Assembly (NCBI GenBank): GCA_965153455.1
Contig: OZ234493.1
Coordinates: 14,064,213 to 14,128,212 of the forward strand
Direction of reading: 5' to 3'
Origin: Sphagnum compactum
Taxonomy: Eukaryota
DNA: 64,000 nucleotides
The translations under genes and the position numbers were made by a program. This document shows positions 26,646 to 39,199 of the stretch, one piece after another. The notes beneath the pieces are model-generated. The model saw nothing but the letters and a program-made list of their open reading frames with translations. It did not search any database and was not told the origin of the DNA. Position 1 is the stretch's first letter. The number at the start of each line of letters is the position of its first letter.

Positions 26646-28593
26646 CTCCTTTTGGTAGGTAGTAATTCCGGAGGAGGGTAGGTAGTTAGGTAGGTAGTAA
26701 AGCAGCGGCGTCGTTGGTTGCTTTGTTTGTTTGTTTTGTTGTGTGTGATGAGTTTTGGCTCTTGTGCTGGAGTCGTCTCTTCTTCTTCTTTCTTTACTGT
26801 TTTTGCTTTCTTGTTGGCGTCATGGCTGTTGCTGCTGCTGGCGGGAGGCGGACGAGCCAGACGACGACGACAAGTAGGAGTGGGACCCGGGACGACGATA
26901 CCAGCGGCTGGATTGGTAGCAGCAGCAGCAGCAGCAAGTGCTTGGAATCGGACGCCTTCATTTGATTGATTGTAAGGAATTTACTTTTTTTCTTTCTCTT
27001 TGGAATCATAATTAGGACAAGAATCGACTTGTTGTGAGCTTTTGTTTTCTGCTCTTTCTCTTCTTCTTCTTTTTCCGTTTCTTTGTTTTGCCTTCTTCTT
27101 CTTATTGTTGTTGTTGTTGCTGCTGCTTTTTTTTCTGTTTTTTTTTCCTTGTTCTTTGTTTTTGCAATGTTTGTTAATCATTTGCAGACAGGCTCTCGTC
27201 GTCGTCGTCGTCGTCGTCGTCATCTGGTTTGCATTGGTTTTCTGGTTTGTCTGTCTTGGAATGAAGGTGCATTTGTTGATTATGAACAATAACCTGCTGT
27301 GCTCTAATCTGCTTTTCTTTTTTGTTTGTGTTTTTTTGTTTGATTCCCGCTGGTCGGATTTTGGAACTGTACCAAGATTCGTCGAGGGCTGAACGTTTGT
27401 TTCTGCTTACTTTCAGTGGACCGCATGCAGCGTTTTCCATTTGGAAGGGCTGCCTCGTTGTTACGATTGCTGGCATTGCTATTGCTGACATTGCTGCTCC
27501 TGCTGCAAGTGTTTTTCAGCCGCTATAAGCCTGATCCCGTTCCTCATGCCTCTTTGGTACCATGGACGTCGATCTTGAGAGTTTTCGTTCTTGTGCACGC
27601 CTGCTTGCATGCATTTTTTCTTTGTGTAATGTCGAAACCTCCTCCTTGTTCGTCCTACAGAATGTCTTGGAGTCGTCTTCATTTGTTGCGAAGAAAATGG
27701 TAATGCACTTACCAGCATTTGCTGCCAGGAGGAGAGAGTCGCTACTGAGGTAGTTGCATTAGCTGTGCGCATGTCACAGGAATATCGCAATGTCCTATCT
27801 GCAGCAGTCCATATAAAGCACGAGTATCGACACGTTCGTTCATCGTGTTGATTGTACTCAGGGAAGCTTCGTCACGGTTCCTCTTGCGGGACTGCAGCCA
27901 GTTCCTCTTGCGACTGCAGCCACACTGCCAACGCGCTGTTGTCACCAAACGGTCACCTTTGGGTTCTGAAGTTCAAACTTTTGCTCAGGAAGAACAACGG
28001 GGTAAACAAGCCAACAAGCCAACTTGATCATCACTATATCCGATCTGATGCTTTACAGGGCGACGATCGAGCACAATGTACCTGATGCATCATCCTACCA
28101 GTGTCGAGGTACGCACTCACCGTGCCTCTTCCCCCATCCCCACCTATACAACCTCGCTTTTGAGTCTTGTACAGAAAACATACCGAGACATCCCTACAGT
28201 GTTATGCATAAACTTGGTCACAGTCCAGCATCTCTGCACTTCCAAGGAGATGTTCTTACTGCATACTGTGCACTATCTGCAATCACTAGGGGAACAATCT
28301 GCAGCAGGGATAATCCCTTCAGTATTGAACACAAATCTGCTGCATTCAAACCTGTATGTCTCATGCCCTTTTACCTCATTTCGCGAAGTTTAGCCCATAC
28401 TGTCATGTAAGATCGAAAACTCTTTTTACCTGAATCTTTGATTCATCTAAGTTTTTATTTCTTATTCATTTGAGTTTTTATTTAGTGTGTACATGATGTT
28501 GCAGATGTGTATGAAGATCAATGTGGGTACCTGTGCAAACTATTTATGCGGTAATATGAACTTCTGAAGCTTGTTTCCACCTGGGAAGGTCCA

Positions 28594-31500
28594 ATGTGCA
28601 AAAGCTGCACACAGAGAGCAATGGTTCAATGTCCTCTGCCCCTTGCATTAGGCATGGTTCTCATGCTGATGCTGATGCTGCTTGTGTGCGAATTTAGGCC
28701 TTTGGGTGGTGTTCAAGCCCTCAGCACAGACATGGCAGCTCTTTTGGCATTCAAGTCAGCCGTACTGCCCCAAGGAAACCCTGATGATCTACTACCCAAT
28801 TGGGTGGGAACAGATTCTAGCCCATGCAGCTGGACAGGAGTGACATGCAACAGTGACAATGAAGTGGTCAGGCTCCAATTGTCAGAGATTGGATTGAATG
28901 GCACGATGCCAGCTCAGCTTTTCAGCATACTCGCTTTGGAGCATCTGGATTTGAGTTTAAATGCTCTCTCTGGCAGCATACCTCTAGACATTGGAAATCT
29001 GACCAGATTGAATTACCTGAATCTGACCACAAACCAGCTTTCTGGTCCCATCCCTTTGTCTCTCTTTGGCCTGTTCAATTTGCAAAGCCTGGATCTAAGT
29101 TATAACAGTATTTCAGGGGTGCTCTCTTCAGATATTGAACTTCTTGTCAACCTGCAGGAGTTGGTTCTGGGCAGCAACTCTTTCTCTGGTGTCATACCCC
29201 CAGAGATTGGAACACTTTCCATGTTACAGTATCTTGACCTTTCCAGCAATACTTTCTCTGGCACTTTGCCAGTGCAACTTGGGAACCTTGTGAACTTGCA
29301 ACACCTCGATTTGAGTAGCAATGCTCTCTCTGGTGACATCCCTGCACTTGAGACCATGTCAAACCTTGAGCTTGTAGATATAAGCAGCAACTTCTTCTCC
29401 GGTGTCATTTCTCCACAGGTGGCCACTCTTGCCAGTTTGACCTACCTTGACTTTAGCAACAACTCTCTTTCAGGGCCAATACCCTCTCAAATTTGGGGCA
29501 TGACATCCTTGCAAGAGCTTGATCTTGGGGCCAATGCCTTGACAGGCAGTCTTCCACGAGAGGTGGGTAACCTGATCAACTTGCAGAGTTTTTATCTTGG
29601 GGGCAGCCATCTTACAGGTTCCATCCCTGAAGAGATCTCCTTGCTAACGAGCTTGAGGAAACTTGACCTGGGTGGCAATTCTTTTGTTGGGTCCATTCCT
29701 GACTCTATTGGCAATTTGAGAAACCTTGTAACACTTAATCTGCCAAGCGCACATCTGAATGGCTCCATACCAGCTTCTCTTGGCAACTGCAGCAGTTTAC
29801 AGGTTGGAATGCTTATCTTTGAACTTTGCATTTGCCAAATTTCCTCAATTTTCCACCAATATACAGGTGGTCATTAGGACAATGCTCCTGTTTAAATACA
29901 GATTGAGAGACCAAATCAATTTGCAATTGATTTGTTGGCTTTCCCCCTGAACTGCACTAGTACAGTGTTGACTACAGAGAGGGCTGTGACTCACGGTCCA
30001 TTTGTCTGAAGGAATGCTAAAACCTGTCTGTGGTAGCATTTATGCATCATCTCCCTACACTTCCAAGATCACTGCAGCACCCCCTGATGTTGCTGTTGAT
30101 TCACGCAGCACCCACTCACCAAGGACAGCTAAGGACTGAACAGTCCTCAGAGGATTCTTCTGCTGTAGGAATAAGTTGCTTGTAGGTGGACACTCTTCCA
30201 GTCACTGCTTTTACATTGTCATTTTGATTGGTTTATGCAGGTCATAGATCTTGCTTTTAATGCCCTGACTGGACCTATTCCACCTCAGCTTGCTGCACTC
30301 CAAGATGTCATCTCTTTCTCGGTTGAGGGAAACATGCTCTCTGGCCCCATACCGGCCTGGTTTGGTAATTGGCAAAACTTGTCCAGCCTTCTGCTTTCAA
30401 CCAATGAACTTAGTGGCAGCATCCCTCCTGAGCTGGGGAACTGTTCCAAGCTTACAGATCTTGCTCTTGACAACAACCAGTTGACCGGCTCAATTCCACC
30501 AGAGCTTTGCAATGCTGCGATGCTGAGTCAGGTGACATTAAATGTAAACAATCTTACAGGGGACATAATTCATACCTTCCAGAGGTGTATGAGTCTAACG
30601 GAAATTGACTTGACTAGCAATCATGTGTCAGGACCTATACCATCATATCTGGCCAACCTTCCAAACCTTGTAATTCTATCCCTGGGGTCCAATAACTTCT
30701 CAGGAGATGTGCCCGATGCACTGTGGACCTCCCCATCATTGCTTGAGATCCTCTTGGATTCCAACAAGCTCACGGGGAGTCTGTCCCCACTTCTTGGAAA
30801 TGTCACAACATTGGAGTACCTGGTTCTTGCCAACAACAATTTTGAGGGACCTATTCCGCCTGAAATTGGGAAGCTTTCTAACTTGAATGTGTTCTCAGTT
30901 GCAAGCAACAACCTGAATGGTGAGATCCCGGTTGAGTTATGCAGCTGCATACGGCTCACATCTCTCAATCTTGGAAATAACTTGCTCATGGGTCCAATCC
31001 CTCAGCAAATTGGGCAGCTCATCAATCTGGATTACTTGGTTCTTTCACACAACAGTCTCACAGGGAATATTCCAAACACCATATGTGCTGACTTCCAGGT
31101 CAGTTGCCAGATTCACTTTCCTTCTTTGATGATACAGTGTCTCTGTTTGATTTATTCCTTGCAGGTGTGTGTGGTCCAAATAGAAACAGCATGCTCCTCT
31201 GTTCCATAATTGACAGGTTTTGTCATTTGTTGTCATATCTTGCAACCTTTTCATTCCTTACAATTTAATGAGGGGGGCCTTATTGAACAACCCACAATAT
31301 GGCAAATTTTAGTGCAGTGTTCATATGCACTAAACTAATCCTTTTGAACTGCATTGTTCCTTATCTGCAGCCCTTACTGGATATGAAAAAATTGGTTATT
31401 ATGCTAATGTATAATGAAATTGCCATTTTCTAGGTGATTGCCATACCCACTTCAAGCTTTGTGCAACATCATGGAACATTGGACTTGTCATGGAATAATC

Positions 31501-33497
31501 TCAGCAGTAGTATTCCACCAGAGATGGGTGAGTGCTCCGTTCTTGTGGAGTTGCTGTTGACAGGCAATCAACTGACAGGTTCAATCCCTCCTGAACTTGC
31601 ACGGCTTACAAACTTGACCACTTTAGATCTTTCATGCAATCTTCTAAATGGATCTATCCCAGCTGAGCTTGGAGAAGTGCACAAGCTCCAAGCGTTGAAT
31701 TTGGCCTACAATAGGCTCACTGGACCAATCCCTCCACAACTAGGTGACATCACCAGCCTGACAAAGCTCAACTTGAATGGAAATATGCTTTCCGGATCAA
31801 TTCCTATAACTCTAGGCAATCTGATGGGTCTGTCTCACTTGGATCTCAGCAACAATCAGCTCAGTGGGGATTTACCATCCTCCTTGGCCAACCTGGACTC
31901 TATTGTGGGGTTGAATCTGGAGAAGAATCAACTAACAGGTGACATTGCTGGGTTGCTGTCTGAAAGTTCAGTCTGGCATCAAGCACAAACTATCAACCTG
32001 AGCCACAATACATTTTCTGGAGTGATTCCAGCCACTATTGGCAATGCCACAGGCCTATCATATTTGGATCTTGGTTGTAATCAGTTTTCTGGGTCTGTTC
32101 CAAATCAGCTTGCAGGCCTGGCACAGCTCAATTACTTGGATCTTTCAAACAACCACCTCAGTGGGATGTTCCCTCCTGAGTTGTGTGATCTTAGATACCT
32201 GACTTTCCTGAATGTGTCATACAATGAACTGGAAGGACAAATCCCTTCAACAGGCATGTGTGCAAAGTTGGGTACCTCTTCATTCATTGCTGATCCTGGA
32301 CTTTGTGGAGACGAACTCAGGATAGAGTGCACAAGGAAAATGGTTCCTACCAGCTTGGTGAGTACAGGGGCAATATCAGGTATTGCAATTGGTTGCACCA
32401 TTGTGTTTCTCAGTATGCTTTTTGTAGTGCTGAGGTGGCGCTTGCTGAGGAGGGAGGCAATGGTGAAAACCAAGGATCTGGAAGAGATGAAGTTCAGCAT
32501 GATGCTTGACACTAGCACATGTTTGACCATAGGAAAATCAAAGGAGCCCTTAAGTATCAATGTAGCCATGTTTGAGCAACCACTGCTGCGGCTTACTCTT
32601 GCTGACATACTGCTTGCTACCAACAACTTCTGCAAGGCTAATATCATAGGAGATGGAGGATTTGGAACAGTTTATAAGGCCATTTTACCGGATGGCAAAA
32701 CTGTGGCCATAAAAAAACTTGGTGCTGCACGAACACAAGGCAACCGAGAGTTCCTTGCAGAAATGGAAACCTTGGGAAAGGTGAAGCACCGAAATTTGGT
32801 GCCATTACTTGGATACTGCTCGTTTGGTGAGGAAAAGCTGCTTGTGTATGAGTACATGGTGAATGGAAGCCTTGACCTGTGGCTTCGGAACCGTGCAGAT
32901 GCAGTTGAGGTTCTGGATTGGAGCAAACGATTCAAGATTGCCATGGGGTCTGCAAGAGGTCTCAACTTCCTTCACCATGGTTTCATACCCCACATCATCC
33001 ACAGGGATGTGAAGACCAGTAACATTTTGCTGGATGCTGATTTTGAACCCCGAGTAGCAGACTTTGGTCTTGCACGACTCATAAGTGCATATGAGACCCA
33101 TGTGAGCACTGATATTGCAGGTACATTTGGGTACATCCCTCCTGAATATGGACAAAGTTGGCGATCCACCACTCGTGGAGATGTGTACAGCTACGGTGTG
33201 ATACTCCTAGAACTGCTCACTGGCAAGGAGCCAACAGGAGTGGACTTCAAGGACATTGAAGGAGGTAATCTGGTTGGATGGGTGCGGCAGATGATCAAGC
33301 AGAGAGCAGCCCAAGAGACACTTGATGCCACTGTCTCCAATGGGCCATGGAAGATGAGCATGCTAAAAGTACTGCATATCGCCAATCTGTGTACAGCTGA
33401 AGACCCACTCATGCGACCAACAATGCTCCAGGTAGTGAAGTACCTCAAGGACGTTGAAGCTGCACCCCAACTGCCAATTTTTGATAGTCGGCAATAA
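28594..33497 (+). CDS. EMS1: LRR receptor-like kinase of the EMS1/EXS (LRR-X) clade; exons 28594-29802, 30241-31098, 31434-33497 (1376 aa from the first ATG)
   Basis: Signal peptide, N-cap PCSWTGVTC, many plant LRRs, island-like segment FQVIAIPTSSFVQHHGTLDLSWN and a TM helix. The juxtamembrane KEPLSINVAMFEQPLLRLTLADIL and the kinase motifs (GDGGFG, HRDVK, DFG, PPEYGQSWRSTTRGDVYSYG) are EMS1-typical. Both introns are GT-AG, phase 0, and keep the frame. Confidence 0.93.
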
Positions 33498-35169
33498 CAA
33501 GATAGGTACATTTGAAGCATCTCTAAGTTTGCAATCTCTATCATAGATAAAGTTCTAGCAGATTTATCTAGAATATCTAGAAGAATATCTCAACCAGCTT
33601 AAACTTGCAAATGTTGGATTAAGTGCAGAACCTGAGAAAATGATTGTTGGCCTAAAATATTCTATCTTGATTTTTCTGTTGTGCAGGAAACTTTCAGATG
33701 TGCATATACATATCATATACTAATTATGTCATAGAAATGCCCTGCTGTTTGCATCCTTATTGCATGGCATTTAGAACAAAATTTTGGAGATCCAGGACTG
33801 GTTATGGTGTTGATCCAGCATCAAGGTAACATCATGTGAAGTATCACCTTCTTAGCAAGGTTTTGCTTTAGCCAGTCCATCAAGCCAAGCATGGAAAGTT
33901 TGTCTGTGTACAGTCAGTGAAACCAGAGCAGACTGATGGTGTCGTCCTGGGATATTTTTCCACGTTCAGAGGTTGCAATCTACAGAGAACTCGAAGCTCA
34001 AACTGTAAACCAGAGAAGTTAGAAATTCAAGACATCTTAGATCACCAACTTTGAAGCGGCTGACTATCTTAGATGCAACTCTGTTGGCCTAGATATTCTT
34101 CGTACTATGTACAAATAATTACACTTGGTGAAGAGTAATCCAGACACAGTAAGCCCCTGGTTTGCTGTCATGGTTGTACCTTGTTCCATATAGTAATCTA
34201 ATACCATAGCATTCAACAAAGAGTATCCAAGCTTGCTTGTTGTCAATACCAGTCACTGACTCGCTAGTTTCCAGACTCCCACGTCAGGTCATAGAGGTTC
34301 ATCTCTATCTTGTGTTCTTCAGTTCCTGCAATAAATTACTTGTACAAATTCTTCAAGGTCAGCATCTGTATTGTTTATGGTCTATACCATGTCTTGAAGA
34401 TTTTGAGGTGATGTAAAGGTACAAAGGAGACCATTCAGGGGCTTTTTGCATCACAGTATGCTCTCTTCAGTTCTTACTCTTCTGCTCTTAATATGGAGCA
34501 GACAGATGCAACTGGAAGCAAGGAGCTGCAGAGCATCAAGCCTAGCTCAAAATTTCACAAATCTGTCTGCTTCATCTTCCCCCCCTCTATTGCACTGGAG
34601 CTCTTTTATGTCCAAATTGATGCTATAATGGTTCTAACCAGGGTATCCCTGACTGACTTGAATCCGAGGAAGTTCAGAAATGGTGGGAAGGGGGGGCATG
34701 GAAGTTACAGTTTGTAGTTGAAGTCAGGATTAAATTTCACCTTCAATTATATCATAAGCTTGTCTATTCATGAAGTTGCAGAAGTTCAGCTGGTTTGCAC
34801 CAATTAGAAGTGTATTTTGAATGGATTGGAAGCATCTAAGTCTTTTCTTTTTCCCAACTTACTGTATGCTAGTATGTTAAACATATGTTGAGAGGTAACC
34901 AGCATTGGCTTGTGAAGGATATTGCAGGGGCAGACCGCTACACATATCAACATATTGACTGATATGATTGTCCAACAGACCACTCTGGCTACATACCTAC
35001 CTATCATGAAGTTAATGATCTAATGCCCTACAGGCAAGGTTTCTCTCAATTTCATTTCACTACCATATGAATGACAAAAACATTTCACTGTTGAAACCAA
35101 TAGAGAAAAGCAGAGAAGAGACATGATGAAGGAAAACTATTCAAACATCACAGATAGACACATCACTTA

Positions 35170-35790
35170 TCTATAATTTTCCTTTTTGGGTGCCAGTTGG
35201 TTGTGCTCCTTTTCTTTTGACAGGAAATAAAACCCTCTGTGTCTTTATTTCTGGTACTTCAATGAGCTGGTCATGGCTTGCCTCTTTTGCAAGCCAAAAA
35301 CTTGTGGGTATATAATCAGATCCTTCCGTTGGATGCAGGGAGAAATTTGAAAGAGAAACCTCAAGGTTAGAAATTTTCAATGCAATGAGCAATTTTTAAT
35401 CCAACTTACTGGGCAGCAGCTTGTGATGGGGGAGGATTTTGGGTCATGGTTATTTTTGTCTTTTCATATGTTGCTTATTCTGCCCTCTTTTTTTAATGAA
35501 CTATCAATTGCAATCATTCTTGTCATTGCATGGCAGGCTTCCCATGTACAAGTTGTGAGTCTTGACTCGTTTGTGGCAATCTCCACACCTCTCGTTTCCA
35601 TTTCCAATTTTGAACTTCTCTATCAAATGCTGTCATTACCATATATACCTCACAACTAACCTCTTGTTGTCAAGTATGAAGCCCTAAAATTTAGTAGCTG
35701 TCCAAGCTCTTTGGAGGTGAATTTGGTTGGAAATTCCGACATTAGATATTTCTGCAACACGTCTGTTCAGACTCTTCAAACAATTTATTA
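35170..35790 (-). pseudogene. Possible heavily decayed receptor-kinase domain remnant
   Basis: Broken minus-strand segments AEISNVG..HL, KF*GFILDNKRLVVRY, WKR..VEIA and KISNL fall in RLK kinase subdomain order. Confidence 0.3.
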
Positions 35791-36045
35791 GTTCCTTAAT
35801 GTGATGGATTGAGCATCTTAGGAATGCAGTAAGTATGTCATATATCTCATAGATAGCAGTGGACAATGAAATCACAATCTGCATATATTGAGAGCATTTG
35901 TAGAGATATATATTATAGACCCTCTAGGCAAAACTCTTAGTACATTTGTGAAAACAAAACAAACTAAATGCATGGACAACAATAACCATTACATTTCATA
36001 CAAACAAATATGTAAATAGTTTTTGTTAACAATAATAGAAAGTCT

Positions 36046-37191
36046 CTAATAGAGGTGAGTAGGCCACCGAGGATGTGCCACAGCATGTAAGGGTTGTGCT
36101 CTTGGAGGACTTAGTCCAAATTTGTCAGACATGTCAAGAGTGTGAGGTTCTTGTTGATTGGGAAGAGACCAATCAAAGCTATGGACCAGGTGTGCTAAGG
36201 CAAGTTGAATTACTAATTCTGCTAATGGTTGTCCTGGACAGGCCCGCCTTCCACTACCAAATGGCAAGAGTTCAAAGCTACGTCCATTCCAATCAATCTC
36301 AGGATGTTCCAAGAAACGCTCAGGGTCAAATTCTAAGGGTCTCTCCCAAACGTCAGAGTTGCGGCCCATTGCCCACAGGTTCACAATCACTTGAGTCTTA
36401 GGTGGCAGAGAGTAACCAGCAACTTGACAAAACTCGAGTGACATGTGAGGAAGTAGGAAGACAGCAGCAGGATGGAAACGAAATGTTTCTTTTATTATAG
36501 CTTGGAGATAAGGAAGGTGTCGGAGATCTGATTCCTCAACCACATGATCAGTTCCAACAACCGTATCCAACTCATCCTGAGCACGCCTCATAAGCTTTGG
36601 ATTTCATAGGAGCTCTGCCATTGCCCATTGTAAGGTGACTGACGTGGTGTCTGTACCAGCTGCCAATAGATCCTGTTAAAGCACAATCACATGTATGAAG
36701 ATAGCTATATCATGTTAGATTAAATTATAAGCTAGGATGGCTATAAGAAAAAGATATCAACTACAAAACATACAACAATTTTTCAAAGCTCATTGTTCAC
36801 GATTAACTTTGGGTGGATGAAATGCAGAAATTGTTTCCCATACATAGAGAACAGCCTCAATTGTGTCATCGGAAACTTTCCCAGACCCATCATCCAAACG
36901 CTCAGAAAGTAGCACATCAATGAAGTCTTTAGGTTTATCATTGTATGTTGAATCTTGATGATCAGTTGTTGCATTGTCCCGTCTATGCTCATCAAGTATT
37001 CCTTGAGCAAATTGTTTCATCCTTTTGCGTAAGTCATGCAAGGGAGCTTCAACTCCCTGAAGTTTGCTCACCCACCACAAGGAAGGCACATAGTCACCAA
37101 TAATCACAGTGGCAAATGCCTCAAAGATACCATCGACAATTGTTTGACATGACGAGCTCCCTCCTCACCTTTTTCATCTGCTCCAAAGTAC
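36046..37191 (-). pseudogene. Cytochrome P450 (A-type/CYP71 clan) pseudogene; exons 37191-36844 and 36672-36046, first exon not found
   Basis: Motifs AGTDT, ETFR, PERF and FGSGRRACPG (heme Cys). In-frame TGA at 36606-36604 (ELL*NPK) and a 1-bp frameshift near 37140. No N-terminal exon was recognised upstream. Confidence 0.88.
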
Positions 37192-38559
37192 CTATTCAAT
37201 TTACCAAAGCACGATCAAATTGTAAAGTATGAACTTCAAAGATGGTGCCAAAGAAGAAAGGCATCATGCATTGCAAGCCTGCAAAGTGGTGGCAACACTT
37301 ACACATACATAACGCAAAGAAAGTCATGGGAAGAGGATTATAGTACGTCATGTTGATCACAATTGTAAGGTTTCTTTGAGTACCCTCCAAAATTGGTCTA
37401 AATGTTTTCCAACATCATGTAACCTCCACAATTTGCATTCAAGAGTTGTTGAATGACCATACTAGAAGGATTGCAAGCAAAGGGACCTTGTAGCATTCAT
37501 GTTCCTAACAATCGTTAGAACAACAACAACAACAAAAGAAAAGAGAAAAAAAAAACTCACTGATTGTCACTCAGACCCAACTAGAGAATAGAAAACGAAA
37601 GAAAGAAAAGTACATTGCAACTCTTCAGAAGTCATCTTCATTGGCTTTAGTGTAACAACTTATGTGCATTTCCTTTGTAAACTTATCGCCCTTTTTGTAT
37701 TCTACTTGTTGACCTCCTTTTTTGGGGCCCATATTTTAAGAAATGTTCAGGTGACACGTGAAAATTTTATTTTGGGAAACTTCATGAAACGGTTTCCCAA
37801 TTCATATTTTAAGTTGTTGCTGGTTTTCAACTTTCTACACAAGATAGAGAGAGCCTTTACTCATGGGCCACTTGTTTCCCATGAGGGTGATGCACTAAAG
37901 TACATTGGGCTATGGACGACAGATTGCAGTATATATGATATATATATATGGGTAGTATGTTGTTTATATTATTAGTTAGTTGTGGGGACCCCTAAAGATT
38001 CAATTTTTTTTGCTTTTGTGATGGCAATCTTTAATTGGTTCATAATAATAAAGCTTTCAGGCAGTCCCAAAAAAATCCATATGTTGTAATCTCCTCCTTT
38101 TGGGTTCCAAGAGTGGAACTCAAGGCGAAGGATGTGGAATAAAGTGAGGAGGTAACATGTTGGGAACACATTGGGAACTTGAGGAACAAGTTGGGAACTC
38201 AATGGGAACTTCATGGATAGATACCGAGAACTTTCATGAGAACATTGAGGACAACAAAAATCCAAACACCCTCACCCTCCCCGAAAAGAAAACAAGAGGT
38301 GTGTCACATATTGTGGGAAAATATTAAACAAGCCAAAGGAAATGAATGCAGCCTGCATTCATTTCCTTTGTATTGCTGCGATTTTTTCCTCCAGTCTGCC
38401 CATTTGCTTGGCCAAAGTATGTGTAACGAATGGTGAGGATACTGATACACATAAATTACAATATTTTCCTACCACATTGTGAGGGAAAAGTGCAAGTTGG
38501 TTTATTCCTTACGAGATAATGAATCTTGCTGCAACTTGGGGAGAGGTTTAATCTGCATT

Positions 38560-38780
38560 TATTTCAAAAATTAGTGATGTACACAATGAGAGACAAACCA
38601 TAGTAGCCTTGAAAGAAATGAAACAATGTAAACATGAAACTGTAAAAGATTATTATGACAAATTCTTACAATTATGTGTAGTAATACCATGGCAGCCAGA
38701 GGATGTATACCGAAGCAAAACTTTTAGGGAAGGATCTTTACTCACATTTCTCACTTCCATATAAAACAACGAACAAATAT
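38560..38780 (+). mobile_element. Retrotransposon gag-like remnant
   Basis: Translates KQCKHETVKDYYDKFLQLCVVIP..DVYRSKTFREG, resembling the Ty3/Gypsy gag 'Q..E.V.DY...F' motif. Confidence 0.5.
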
Positions 38781-39199
38781 GGAGGAAGTCGGTTGATTGG
38801 ACACCTTTATGTAAAGAAGAAATAAGAAATTCTATGGGGTCCAACATTTCTCTTGGGCAGCCTATTGATACAACAAATGTCAATGAAAAGAAGAACTTGT
38901 CCAACAAATTACAAATTCAAAGCTATGCAAAGTACTAGTCCATCAAGAAAACTTGGGACAATATTTTAAACCATGTCCACAGTCCACTCCTATTCATTTA
39001 GGCAAACTTTTCTTAAAGGAGGAAAGAAGGGGATTCATTTAACCTTGTAAGAACAGTTTCATTAGATAAGTACACTTTGCACACACAACAATGCTTTAGT
39101 GAAAACTAACCATGTTCTTACGACTAGGTGTAAACATGCAAACATAGACTTGCTCCCAAATTGATTATAACCCAATTCCACATCTAGTTCTAACAAGAA

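Noticed and set aside
26714-27392. Short ORFs with poly-T/L/V/S runs
   Set aside because: Microsatellite-rich UTR or intron-like sequence.
28713-33544. Minus-strand ORFs overlapping EMS1
   Set aside because: Antisense shadows of the coding exons.
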